From a virus (taxonomy: Duplodnaviria > Heunggongvirae > Uroviricota > Caudoviricetes): DNA of 64,000 bases. Under the pieces are notes generated by a model, which searched no databases, had not been told where the DNA came from, and saw only the letters and a program-made list of their open reading frames with translations. The stretch is from IMG/VR virus record IMGVR_UViG_3300021426_000007, positions 1-64,000 of that record, one strand, 5' to 3'. Positions 34,567 to 44,430 of the stretch are shown here, piece after piece (positions within the stretch are counted from its first letter, which is position 1; every line of letters starts with the position of its first letter). The position numbers and the translations under genes are program-made.

Positions 34567-36864
34567 ATGGCGGGATACGTTAGTCTTGGTAGCATGCCGA
34601 CTCCCAACCGGGAGTATGTTGTCAACTTCGAGAATCTCAAAGGCGGCCTTAATCTGTATGAACTGGACTATAGAATAGACAACGATGAGAGCCCGGAGAT
34701 GAAGAATCTCTGGTGGCGTGATGGTGTCCTTACATGCAGAGATGGCCAGGAGTTCGTTAACAATCTTGTTTACGGTTCCCTGCACGCGGTGTATGAGAGA
34801 CTGTGGAACGGACATATGTTTGTCCATACCGACACCAAGATCTTTGTTGTCGATCCGGAGGACGGTACCAGGCAGGTCCTTTACAACGGTGGGGAAGACA
34901 TGACGGTAAGAGGAAAGTTCTTCCCTTATAACGAGAAGCTGTATTACAAGACGACCGGATATTATATAGTGATATCCTATGATGAGGAGGATGATTCGTT
35001 TTCCGCCACGGATGCGGAAGGGTATACTCCGGTAACCTACATCAACTGTTCGTATGTTAACGGCTCAGGATATGCTTACCAGCCGGAGAATAGACTCAGT
35101 CCTTACAAGACGCTGTGGTATAACTCCGCCTATACGCTGACAAATACTGTGACTGGCAGCCTCAGTGTGTCCGTAGAGGAGTCGTACTTCCGGATGAGGA
35201 TAAATGTACCGGGGAGTTACACGTTCACTTACAACAACGGATGGACGCTGAATGGAGTGAGTGTTGATCCGTTGGACTACGGAATCAGGGTTGGCGGTAC
35301 TCCGGTTAATGGAAATACTATTGTAGTAAAGCTCGCATTTGTCAATGAGTACTATCTCCCTGTTGATGCTTCTGACGTTACGAAAGTAGAAGTGGACGGT
35401 GTAGAGCTCACAACCGAGAAGATTACTGCATCGAGTAATCCGGCATCTTTGAAGCCAGCGGTTAATGCGGAGAACTGGAGAGCAGCAGTAAGTTCCTCCG
35501 GTACTTACCGATTTACCTACGATGGATCCTCTTCCACATGGAGGTTAGCAGGTACCGCCGTTAGCTTGAGTAACTACGGTATCTCGATTACCGGAACGCC
35601 GAGTGCGGATAACACGATTACTGTTGTGTATACGAGAGGCGGCTACTGGTACGATGAAGGGAGCGGCGTTGTAGGATTCTTCGATCCGCCCACTGTGTAT
35701 TACCCAGAGATCAATAACACGGTCCGGATAACGTATAAGCAGGATAACGAGGTAGCGTACAACAACATCATGGACTGCTCTATCGCTGAAGTGTACGGCG
35801 GTACAGGAGCCTTGTGTGTGGTTATGGCAGGAAGTAAGACCCAGCCTAACGCATACTTCTGGAACGGGCAGAACTCCGTGGCTATGGACCCGACTTACTT
35901 CCCAATGACACAGTACCAGCTCGCCGGTGATATGGTTGACCCGATCACCGGGTTCGGTAAGCAGCAGGGTTATCTGATCGTATTTAAGGAAAGATCTGTT
36001 GGCAGAACATCTCTTGAGACTCAGACGGTCGATGAGAGACTGACAATCGATCTGGCGTATGTAGCTATCAACTCTAAGATAGGCTGTGATCTTCCGTACA
36101 CCATTCAGCTGATCGAGAACAACCTGGTCTGGTGCAATCGGTCTCAGGGCGTTCATTTCCTGGCTAATACTTCGGCAGCGTATGAAAACAATGTCGTGTG
36201 TATCAGTAAGAAGATAAACCGATCACAGGCAGACTGGTCCAAGGGTTTGATCCCGGATCTGGAGAGAACCGATACAGTTAATATCATATCCCACGATGAC
36301 GATATGCGCTACTGGCTGGTGGTTGGCACTGATGTCTGGCTATGGGACTACACGATCAGCACTTACACAAAGCCTTCGTGGTTTTACTTTGAAAATATAA
36401 TGGCGAGAGGATTCGTTCAGGACGGCAACACTTTATGGCATTTCGACCGGGTAAGCCGCTTGACTATTTTTAAACGAGTCTTCCATGACTATAACCAGGC
36501 GATTGATAAGGTTTATAAGTTCGCCGTACAGTACTTCGGTACGTATGATAACAAGAAGAACATAAACTCCATCATCGTGAATACCATATCTACCACCAGT
36601 ACGGTGATAGATGTAACGTACCATACAGAGTACGAAACCAGAAAGGACCTGACGCCTTTGGTGGTTGACGCGTGGAAGCTGATACCTCGTGATCTGTCAT
36701 TCCGGAATTTAAGGGGCGGTGGATTTGCAAGAGTATTCCGACGGAAGCCTCACTGCCGAAGGGTGCAATACTTTACTTTTAAGCTGGAGAATCACGATCC
36801 GAAGAAGGATCTTACGATTGTCTCAGCTCAGATATATTACAATTATCAAGGGAGGCACAGATAA
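34567..36864 (+). CDS. large structural protein (765 aa) with internal ~45-aa repeats
   Basis: ATG overlaps preceding stop (TAAATGG); repeats GSYTFTYNNGWTLNGVSVDPLDYGIRVGGTP and GTYRFTYDGSSSTWRLAGTAVSLSNYGISITGTP. Confidence 0.5.
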   Translation: MAGYVSLGSMPTPNREYVVNFENLKGGLNLYELDYRIDNDESPEMKNLWWRDGVLTCRDGQEFVNNLVYGSLHAVYERLWNGHMFVHTDTKIFVVDPEDGTRQVLYNGGEDMTVRGKFFPYNEKLYYKTTGYYIVISYDEEDDSFSATDAEGYTPVTYINCSYVNGSGYAYQPENRLSPYKTLWYNSAYTLTNTVTGSLSVSVEESYFRMRINVPGSYTFTYNNGWTLNGVSVDPLDYGIRVGGTPVNGNTIVVKLAFVNEYYLPVDASDVTKVEVDGVELTTEKITASSNPASLKPAVNAENWRAAVSSSGTYRFTYDGSSSTWRLAGTAVSLSNYGISITGTPSADNTITVVYTRGGYWYDEGSGVVGFFDPPTVYYPEINNTVRITYKQDNEVAYNNIMDCSIAEVYGGTGALCVVMAGSKTQPNAYFWNGQNSVAMDPTYFPMTQYQLAGDMVDPITGFGKQQGYLIVFKERSVGRTSLETQTVDERLTIDLAYVAINSKIGCDLPYTIQLIENNLVWCNRSQGVHFLANTSAAYENNVVCISKKINRSQADWSKGLIPDLERTDTVNIISHDDDMRYWLVVGTDVWLWDYTISTYTKPSWFYFENIMARGFVQDGNTLWHFDRVSRLTIFKRVFHDYNQAIDKVYKFAVQYFGTYDNKKNINSIIVNTISTTSTVIDVTYHTEYETRKDLTPLVVDAWKLIPRDLSFRNLRGGGFARVFRRKPHCRRVQYFTFKLENHDPKKDLTIVSAQIYYNYQGRHR

Positions 36865-37901
36865 TGAGTGTTTCTCAAATGACATTCGATAGAGTCTGGA
36901 CGAGCGCAACAGACTTCCCGACATATGTTGCTCAGGAAGAAACCGTTCGTGCGGACATGCAGTATTTGTTCGACTTCATAAAGAACCACTTCAATAACTT
37001 CGTAACGAACGAGCTGCTGGCGGAGAACATTCCATTCAGTCCTACACCGGGTGCTATCGAGGCGGTTGATCTTCAGTCTGCCATTGAAGCGGTACACCAG
37101 GAAGTGGTTGACGTTACGCAGGACTCCGTTGCTGACGGTTCGATTACATTAGCGAAACTCTGTCAGGTGAGCGGGTCTGAAGCGGTTGATACGGATGCAA
37201 TCCGGGATGGCGCGATTATCAGTTCCAAGATAGCTGACGGTACGATCACTGCTGCGAAACTGGCAAGTGGTGCAATATCCGGTGGTTCTCTTGCAGCAGG
37301 AAGTGTTACAGGAACGCAGCTCGCGAATGGGGCTGTATCCACTGACAAGCTTGGTGCTAATGTCGTAACAAGGGCGAAACTCGGTAATGCAGCTGTAGGT
37401 TCGGACCAGATTGCGGATGCTGCGGTTACTACAGCGAAGCTTGGGTCTAAGGCTGTTGCTACCGGGAATATTGCTGATGGGGCAGTTGGTACGAACCAGC
37501 TTGCGAACTCGGCTGTTACTTCGGCTAAGCTGGGGGCAGGGTCTGTTATTACGGCTAAGCTTTCGGATGGAGCGGTTACGAATGCCAAGATCCAGGACGG
37601 TACAATCAGCTACTCTAAGACCGACGGAACTACTATTCAGAAGAAACATGCCGGTCCTATCGCTGTGACGATTGCTGTTGCGGACTGGAACTCGTCTCTT
37701 CAGGCGACTAAGACCGTGAGCGGTATTAAGACTGATAACTCTCAGTTTGTAACATGGACTCCGGCAGATGCTTCGTATGCGCTCTGTGCTAACAATGGTG
37801 TTCGTAGTCTGATTACTCCGCCTGCCGCGAACCAGGTGAAGTTCCAGTGCGATACGAAACCGACGAGCGCAATTACGGTTTACTTTACTATATTTGATTA
37901 A
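36864..37901 (+). CDS. tail-fibre protein with tandem 11-residue repeats
   Basis: More than 12 repeats of xGAVTxAKLxx (DGAIISSKIADGTITAAKLASGAISGGSLAAGSVTGTQLANGAVSTDKLG...). Confidence 0.65.
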   Translation: MSVSQMTFDRVWTSATDFPTYVAQEETVRADMQYLFDFIKNHFNNFVTNELLAENIPFSPTPGAIEAVDLQSAIEAVHQEVVDVTQDSVADGSITLAKLCQVSGSEAVDTDAIRDGAIISSKIADGTITAAKLASGAISGGSLAAGSVTGTQLANGAVSTDKLGANVVTRAKLGNAAVGSDQIADAAVTTAKLGSKAVATGNIADGAVGTNQLANSAVTSAKLGAGSVITAKLSDGAVTNAKIQDGTISYSKTDGTTIQKKHAGPIAVTIAVADWNSSLQATKTVSGIKTDNSQFVTWTPADASYALCANNGVRSLITPPAANQVKFQCDTKPTSAITVYFTIFD

Positions 37902-37915
37902 CAGGGGGCAGGTAT

Positions 37916-39646
37916 ATGGCACATTTTCAATTCGCGGTATCGGGTCATGTACTTGACCTTCTTTCCCCAACCAGGGGAGTAGCGGATGGCTTGCATGTCA
38001 ACTCCGCTGAATTTGAGTTCCGGTCAGCTGACTGGGACGGAATGGTTAAGTGGGCGCATTTTTCCAATCCGGAATACAAGGACGGTGAGCAGCAGGACTT
38101 CCTGCTGGAGGGCGATGAGATTTCTTCCGCTCGTGGTTTGAATCTCCCCTCCGGCATCTGGGAAGTATACCTCACCGGCTATCTGATATCTAATGACGAG
38201 ATTATTCGAAGGAACCTTACAGAGTCTCAGCTGATCATGATTGTTCCTTCCGGATTTGAGGATAACGCGGCCATTTCGATGGTTGAGCCTACATTTGCTG
38301 AACAAGTAATAGCCAGAGCGGAATCAGCCTATGCGGATCGAATAACGAACGCGACAGTAACTGTAGGGGACAGCGTAGGCACTCCTACTGCTGAGGTAGT
38401 GATCTCCGGTCAGTCAGGGACGAAGAGCCTAGACTTCCATTTCGATAATCTGCTTTCTAACGGCATTGCATCATTCGAAGTGAGCGAAACCGGTTATGTT
38501 ACTATCACTCTGAACGATGGTACGGTAACTGAGTACGACGGTATTGAACGAGCTCTTGAAGAGATCAATGACCTGATCGTAGGCAGCGCACAGGCTGAAG
38601 AGGCCAGACAGTTTGCTGAGGCTGGTCGTGTTGAAGCTGAAAGCCTACGTGTCGCAGCAGAAGAGGCAAGAGCCGCTGAGTTCAATACCTGGGGCGATAT
38701 CCAGTATACAGCAGAGGCTTGGGCGGTTGGTCAAAGGGCTGGTGTCGATGTAGATCCGACTGATGTTACTTATGAGAACAACGCCAAGTACTGGGCTGAG
38801 TATGCTGAAGAGCATGCGGACCAGAACCAGGATGCGTTCTCCTATGTGCAGGTTGGCAACACTACGATTGCTGCCGATCTTCCTCAGGACACCCTGACCC
38901 TGATCGCTGGAGACAACGTAACGCTTACTCCTAACGCAGATAACGACAGCATTACGATTGAGGCATCCGGTGCAGTACGTGGGGTTAAAGGTAACGCCGA
39001 GTCCACATACAGGACCGGAGAGATTAATCTTACTCCGGCTGATATCGGTGCAGCTCCGCAGGGTACGGTCGATGATATTGTTGTTATGAGCAGCACCCAG
39101 CCGACCTCTCCGAATAACCGGATCTGGATTAAACCTGGTACAACGATCTCCGTCCCCACGATGGATGATATCACGGCAGCGGTTGAAGCTCTCGGTACTG
39201 ACGACATTGATAACGAGTCCACGGTAACCGGAACAACCACCACGGCTGCTCTGAATACTCTGAAGACCGGGATCGATACATTAGGTAATACAGTAGCTGG
39301 TCTGGGCAGCGACGATATCGCTAATGACTCTACAGTCACAGGTACTACGGTATCCGATGCGCTTGGATCGTTACAGGGTTCTTTAAACACCGTGTGCCTT
39401 CGTGCGGCAGCGATAACAATAAGCGCAAATGGTACATCTTCCAACACTCTGACAGGACTTACCGCTGACCATGTTGTAGGGAACTGGGGTATGTTTTCTG
39501 ATGCAAATTGCACTACTCCTATTCCAGAAAATTCACCGCCCTGTGATATCACAATCACCACGGCGGCAAACTCATGGTCAGTCACCATAGCAAACTTTTC
39601 TTCGACCTTCTACCTCAGACCGACATTTATTCTCAAACAAAATTAG
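37916..39646 (+). CDS. tail fibre / receptor-binding protein 1
   Basis: 576 aa; internal duplicated DDI-N-STVTGTT...AL-x-L hinge; shares the GSLNT module with fibre 2. Confidence 0.55.
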   Translation: MAHFQFAVSGHVLDLLSPTRGVADGLHVNSAEFEFRSADWDGMVKWAHFSNPEYKDGEQQDFLLEGDEISSARGLNLPSGIWEVYLTGYLISNDEIIRRNLTESQLIMIVPSGFEDNAAISMVEPTFAEQVIARAESAYADRITNATVTVGDSVGTPTAEVVISGQSGTKSLDFHFDNLLSNGIASFEVSETGYVTITLNDGTVTEYDGIERALEEINDLIVGSAQAEEARQFAEAGRVEAESLRVAAEEARAAEFNTWGDIQYTAEAWAVGQRAGVDVDPTDVTYENNAKYWAEYAEEHADQNQDAFSYVQVGNTTIAADLPQDTLTLIAGDNVTLTPNADNDSITIEASGAVRGVKGNAESTYRTGEINLTPADIGAAPQGTVDDIVVMSSTQPTSPNNRIWIKPGTTISVPTMDDITAAVEALGTDDIDNESTVTGTTTTAALNTLKTGIDTLGNTVAGLGSDDIANDSTVTGTTVSDALGSLQGSLNTVCLRAAAITISANGTSSNTLTGLTADHVVGNWGMFSDANCTTPIPENSPPCDITITTAANSWSVTIANFSSTFYLRPTFILKQN

Positions 39647-39659
39647 GGGGATATAACAC

Positions 39660-39902
39660 ATGGACAACATTAAGTATTTCGTAGCAACCATCCACAAAGT
39701 GGGAGACACTTACACCAAGGGCATTGCCATCCACGATACACTGGATGCTGCTGAACAGGCATTTCATAATGAGTTTGTTGCATGGGCATACGGCAAGCAG
39801 ACAGGCTGTAATTATGTCTGTGCCTACATCAACGACAGCAACGGTGCGGTGGTTCGTCCTCCCGAAGTATGGCAGAAAGCCGAGGAACAGACAAATGAAT
39901 AA
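39660..39902 (+). CDS. small fibre-associated protein (possible assembly chaperone), paralog of 43266..43487
   Basis: Shared pattern A-AYG...FV...N.G.V...E.W; both follow a fibre gene. Confidence 0.45.
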   Translation: MDNIKYFVATIHKVGDTYTKGIAIHDTLDAAEQAFHNEFVAWAYGKQTGCNYVCAYINDSNGAVVRPPEVWQKAEEQTNE

Positions 39903-39914
39903 CGAAATTTCCAT

Positions 39915-39931
39915 TCTCTCTCTCTCTCTCT
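39915..39931. repeat. (TC)8 dinucleotide microsatellite
   Basis: tctctctctctctctct. Confidence 0.9.
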
Positions 39932-40036
39932 GCGAACATATTCACAAGAGAGGAGGGCAAGCTGGGTTAAGTCTGCTTGCCACTCCAAGACTTCCGAAAG
40001 GAGGTCTGAGGCGGTCTGACAATAGTCAGATGCTGA

Positions 40037-40438
40037 TTGATTTGCGGGGTGATTCCCGTGGCTAATGGCAAAATCTCTGCAACTGTATCACAACAAGTAA
40101 CAACGTACCAACAGGCAGTTGAAGTGAGTGATACAATGACGCAAATCACTCCATACATAACTGTACCAAGAAGTGGCCTATATTTTGTAATTTTTGCAAT
40201 TTCTGGTGCGGATATGACTAAACGAAGAGCAATTCAAGTATGGGACAATCGTGATTCATCAACTGATGGCTCGCATATCATTATTGGTGGGTACTCAGGA
40301 TATAAGAACTATTGCATAAAAGTTTTAAATCTTACAGCAGGGACTCAGTTGCGAGGAATGGTGCGAGAACTTGATAGTGCAAATCAGTATTACGCCGCAC
40401 CAAATTATAATTATTTGCAAATCGTTAGTCTGACATAA
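40037..40438 (+). CDS. C1q/TNF-like domain protein (putative receptor-binding tip)
   Basis: PRSGLYFVIFAISG matches the C1q hallmark (PGLYYF...); low-GC gene. Confidence 0.5.
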   Translation: MICGVIPVANGKISATVSQQVTTYQQAVEVSDTMTQITPYITVPRSGLYFVIFAISGADMTKRRAIQVWDNRDSSTDGSHIIIGGYSGYKNYCIKVLNLTAGTQLRGMVRELDSANQYYAAPNYNYLQIVSLT

Positions 40439-40461
40439 TCAATCAGCAGCCGAGATAATCG

Positions 40462-40761
40462 GTGGCAAGTGGGAAAATAGCATGGAACGCAAAATATGTT
40501 GGTGGTATAGGATATTCTGTAAACACCGTACCAACAAAGCAAGAAGCATTATCCAGATTATTTGACGATATACCCGTCACAGATGAAACATTTATCGGTA
40601 ATTTTTCGTATAGTGGAAATGCAATCATCTTTGGATACAAATATGCAGGTGGGCAATACGGTATGCTTCTTGCGTGGTGGTACAACGAGGTTGGTATATT
40701 GCATCTGATGAATGTTGTTGACGGAACCAGATTCCATAGAACACTAACAGGCGTTTCTTAA
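40462..40761 (+). CDS. hypothetical protein (99 aa)
   Basis: ORF track. Confidence 0.4.
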   Translation: MASGKIAWNAKYVGGIGYSVNTVPTKQEALSRLFDDIPVTDETFIGNFSYSGNAIIFGYKYAGGQYGMLLAWWYNEVGILHLMNVVDGTRFHRTLTGVS

Positions 40762-41118
40762 ATTAAAACCCAGCCATGTATATGCAGATGGTGTTAAACC
40801 GCTGTATAGAAGTAACTATAAAGACCTGTGGGATCTTCATAGGTAGATTATGGTAATAGTTAGTCCAATGGACGTTCCCATCATGAAACCGAACTTCGCA
40901 AACACAGGCATTTAAAGTGAAACACAATTCTGTGGCGGAATAGGTAGACGTATAACGGCCAGTAAAGTTGGGAGAATACCCCATTACCATTTGAGTAACA
41001 GACAGAACTAACCAATCTGGATGTGATGAAAATGGTGAAGACAGGTTTGACTGTGGTGGTCATGTGTGGTGCAAATCCACACCAGAATTGTAACCTGTTA
41101 GAGAGTTAGAGCAAGGAT

Positions 41119-41283
41119 ATGAAAAAATCAATTTTATGCTGCATCGGAATTCACAAACCATGCAAGTGCAAAGAAATTATCTTTTACGGAAAATGGTTTC
41201 AAGAGTGTGAAAGATGCGGAAAACTGCTTGATACTATCAAGGTAGAAAACAATTGTTCCTGTAGTTTTAGAGAGTTAAAGTGA
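41119..41283 (+). CDS. small Cys-rich peptide (54 aa), not in ORF track
   Basis: MKKSILCCIGIHKPCKCKE...CERCGKL...CSCSF; weak RBS. Confidence 0.25.
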   Translation: MKKSILCCIGIHKPCKCKEIIFYGKWFQECERCGKLLDTIKVENNCSCSFRELK

Positions 41284-41290
41284 TATTTGT

Positions 41291-41533
41291 ATGAAACATG
41301 TATGCCAATACTGTGAGCATTGCATTTTTGTAGAGGAATGGGAAGAAGGCTATGGATTCACAGATTATAACCACTGCGAAATGGCAACAGAGCGGAATAA
41401 ACGAATAGACGAAATCCCAAAAAAAGAATTGCACATTTTACGAGAATGCGATGACTACGTTTTAGCTCCGTGGTGCGATGAAGAATTCGTTGCAAGCGTT
41501 GAAGAAATATGCAGTGATCGAGGTTTAAAGTAA
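41291..41533 (+). CDS. small Cys-rich protein (80 aa)
   Basis: CQYCEHC...HCE...ECDDY...WCDEE. Confidence 0.35.
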   Translation: MKHVCQYCEHCIFVEEWEEGYGFTDYNHCEMATERNKRIDEIPKKELHILRECDDYVLAPWCDEEFVASVEEICSDRGLK

Positions 41534-42245
41534 TCATAATGCAATTATAGGAGTGCCGGAGTGCCTGTGTATGTACGGTACAAGAGGGGTTGACTTGCGC
41601 CCGTCAAAAGGCAAGCTACAGAATATACATTGCATTAAAGTAATCATTGGGGACTCCAGCCCGTGTCATAATCACGGTGACAATTTTTGGGCGACTGGGG
41701 CAGTACGTTGGAGTTGGGGTAGACGTAATCTTATTGTAATCATTGTACATCAATGTACATTGATAGACATTGATAATGCGGAGGAAAATATGAAAGACTG
41801 AGATATTTATTACAACATTGTTTTTGGCGATCTGTGGATAGCAAGCGGAGACAAACTCATTAAGATCAATGATGGATACTATGTTGACGCAGATGAAGTA
41901 GAGGGGTTTATCAAAGTCGGTCATGCTAATGTGATTACTCCAGAAATCTAACTGTGCAGCTTGCCTGCAATAGAGAAATGTATTGAAACTTAGCCCAAGC
42001 TGTTGAAGTTATAGGCGGCAATGATTAAGCGGGTCATTGTTGCCGAGTTATAGACAGCACCGCTTAAAAGAGGGATATCGTGGACGATGACAAAAAATGG
42101 CGATGGTTTGTTAATGGATTGTATGGGGCTTTATGTGATGAAGGCGAGTGCATCCCATTGACAGAGGCAGAGCTGCAACAGTTATGCGAGGAAGTAAAAA
42201 GAATGAGGGGTACTGGTTCAGTACCCTTATACTATTAAAGGAGGC

Positions 42246-43247
42246 ATGATAATGCCCGTAACAATGAAAACAGGGGCGGTCAATGTCAAGAACTTAGATA
42301 CCAATCTGTATGAGAATATGGATATCAATATAAGTGAAGACTTCGCTCCGATTAATTCCCCGGCATTTACCGGGACGCCGACAGCTCCGACTCAGGCAGC
42401 TTCGGATGACAGTACAAAAATTGCGACTACTGCATTCGTCCACGATCTGGTGGATCCAAAGGCCGGCGGGTATGGAACATGCTCCACGGCTTCCGGTACA
42501 ACCGCCAAGGTTGTGGCGATGGATAATTACGAACTCGTCAAGGGCGGTCAGGTAGTAATCAAGTTCACTTATGCCGTACCTGCGAACGCCACTTTGAACA
42601 TTAACTCGCAGGGAGCAAAAGCTATCTACTTTAAAGAGAGCATCATGGGATCAAGCACAGCGATTGATGGTTCTACTATCAGGGCTGGCGACATCTGTAC
42701 GTTTGTTTATGATGGAACTCACTATGTTCTTACTAACATTGACCGGTGGGGTCTTCCAGCAACACCCAGCCGCAGCGGCTTGATGAGCGCGGATGATAAG
42801 TCTAAACTGAACAATCTCGACAGCTCCGACATTATGGACGATTCAGACGTGGGCGGGGCAACGGCTAAAGAATCTTTAAACATATTAAAGGGTTCTTTAA
42901 ACACGTTAGAAAACAGTCTTAACATAACATCCACAAGAATTTTAACATCCTCAAACATTGCAGTGAGCGGGGATACTGACTGGCACTTTTCGCATAATTC
43001 GTTTACATTTGGTACAGATGCAAAATATATATTGATGAAATGTGGACAGCATGGCGCATTACAAAATTCGATAGTAATCCCATATAGCGTATTATCACAC
43101 ACCACATCAGCTTATAAATTTTCAGTAAATACATATTGGAATAGTGAAAACCTCGGCGTTTTAGAGTTAGATAGAAACGGTGTTCTTACCGCCTCGGCAA
43201 AAACAAAAGGTCTCGCATTTGATTTTGAAGTGCATGAAGTATATTAA
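42246..43247 (+). CDS. tail fibre protein 2
   Basis: Conserved fibre N-terminal motif SPAFTGTPTAPTQAASDDSTKIATTAFV; shares DS-V-G-T...L-GSLNT hinge with fibre 1. Confidence 0.7.
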   Translation: MIMPVTMKTGAVNVKNLDTNLYENMDINISEDFAPINSPAFTGTPTAPTQAASDDSTKIATTAFVHDLVDPKAGGYGTCSTASGTTAKVVAMDNYELVKGGQVVIKFTYAVPANATLNINSQGAKAIYFKESIMGSSTAIDGSTIRAGDICTFVYDGTHYVLTNIDRWGLPATPSRSGLMSADDKSKLNNLDSSDIMDDSDVGGATAKESLNILKGSLNTLENSLNITSTRILTSSNIAVSGDTDWHFSHNSFTFGTDAKYILMKCGQHGALQNSIVIPYSVLSHTTSAYKFSVNTYWNSENLGVLELDRNGVLTASAKTKGLAFDFEVHEVY

Positions 43248-43265
43248 ATTGGAGGTATAAATAAA

Positions 43266-43487
43266 ATGGAAAATGCTTTTTTTCTTCACGAAATCAAACG
43301 CACAAATAATATCATAGAAAAAGGAATTGTTGTAAAAGAGACATATAACGGAGCAAAGCAGGGTTACCATGCTTACCTTGGTGCATATGCCTATGGCAAC
43401 AACGCCGAAACTGATTTTGTATCTTGCATGATTACTAACATATACGGTCAAGTGCTTATGACTGAAACATGGAATAAAGAAGTGTAA
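43266..43487 (+). CDS. small fibre-associated protein, paralog of 39660..39902
   Basis: see 39660..39902. Confidence 0.45.
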   Translation: MENAFFLHEIKRTNNIIEKGIVVKETYNGAKQGYHAYLGAYAYGNNAETDFVSCMITNIYGQVLMTETWNKEV

Positions 43488-43579
43488 AGTAATCTTTTAT
43501 TCGCACTTTGGAATACTCGGTGATACCTCGCAATACCAGCACAAAACGGATATAATACAAGAAAAGAGAGGGGTCACCC

Positions 43580-43780
43580 TCAGTAATCCCTCTCTTTGAG
43601 CCAAGCATCCACGGCTCGCTTGATGACGAAAGACCGATCACGTTCCTCGTCACCGCAGTATTTGTCGAGACGTTCCAGAATGTCCTGTGGCAAGCTGATG
43701 CCTATCTTGGCATAGGGTGGACGTTTCTCGCTGCCGTACCGTGGTCTGCCACGCTCAGTGGTCTTGTATTCCACAAGCAT
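43580..43780 (-). CDS. ribbon-helix-helix (CopG/Arc-like) DNA-binding protein, antisense to late operon
   Basis: YAKIGISLPQDILERLDKYCGDEERDRSFVIKRAVDAWLKER; start uncertain (ORF open to 43963). Confidence 0.5.
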   Translation of the reverse strand: MLVEYKTTERGRPRYGSEKRPPYAKIGISLPQDILERLDKYCGDEERDRSFVIKRAVDAWLKERDY

Positions 43781-43840
43781 CACCTCAAAGAGTAATGATA
43801 CCACAGGCAGAGTGATCTGTCGAGAAGGAGTTTTTAAAGT

Positions 43841-44011
43841 ATGCAGAAAGGACGTTATCGCAAACTGCATAAAGGGATATGCGATGGATGTGATCATCCT
43901 GCGTATGCACCGAGCAAGAATGTAAATCCAAATACTGCTTGCAAAAAGTGTTGGAAGAATCAAACCAAACGGAACAAGCGTGTGGATGAAGATGAGTATG
44001 AAAAATTTTGA
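43841..44011 (+). CDS. small zinc-ribbon protein (56 aa), not in ORF track
   Basis: AAGGAG RBS 43823; CDGCDH-x16-CKKCW. Confidence 0.4.
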   Translation: MQKGRYRKLHKGICDGCDHPAYAPSKNVNPNTACKKCWKNQTKRNKRVDEDEYEKF

Positions 44012-44196
44012 TTTTCAAAGTTTTGTATTAGGTATGTTATTTATGGCTTGCCTTGTTGTCGCCATGATAGCATTCACACCATGAGAGTTAAAGTGGTGTT
44101 GCGGAATATTCCGTTTCAATGCCTCAGATTACCAGTAATTACTGGGTGTTTCAGAGTGTGATATTTTTAACGTAATCTAAAACGATCCATGTTTCC

Positions 44197-44250
44197 GACA
44201 TTTCTGTCGGTGACTTATATGGACAAATCGGACATGTGTCCGACATGACA
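44197..44250. promoter_or_regulatory. paired palindromes sharing half-site CGGACA/TGTCCG
   Basis: CCGACATTTCTGTCGG and CGGACATGTGTCCG within 55 bp. Confidence 0.4.
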
Positions 44251-44430
44251 TTAAACTGCTGCTCACATAGTCCATGTGGAGCTTAATTGAGAAGAGGACA
44301 AACAGACATCGCTTCATAGTTAATACTATGAAGCGATCATTATTAATGAGGTAACATAATATGTTAGACAGAGACGAATTAGAACAGATCATCACAGCAC
44401 AGATTGATAACAAGTGGAAGTGAATAACGC

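Noticed and set aside
39724-40065. ORF 39724..40065 (113 aa) spanning the (TC)8 tract
   Set aside because: It overlaps the well-supported 39660..39902 gene in another frame, and its translation is dominated by the repeat (SILSLSL).
41553-41930. ORF 41553..41801 followed in frame, after a single TGA, by a further 60-codon open stretch, suggesting stop-codon read-through or recoding
   Set aside because: The upstream ORF has an implausible, low-complexity translation with no RBS, and the downstream stretch has no start codon. Other genes here use TGA and TAA as genuine stops, so this is most likely non-coding DNA.
44177-44413. Minus-strand ORF (78 aa) upstream of the MBG-repeat gene
   Set aside because: It runs through two palindromes and a perfect 13-bp hairpin, and is more plausibly regulatory DNA.
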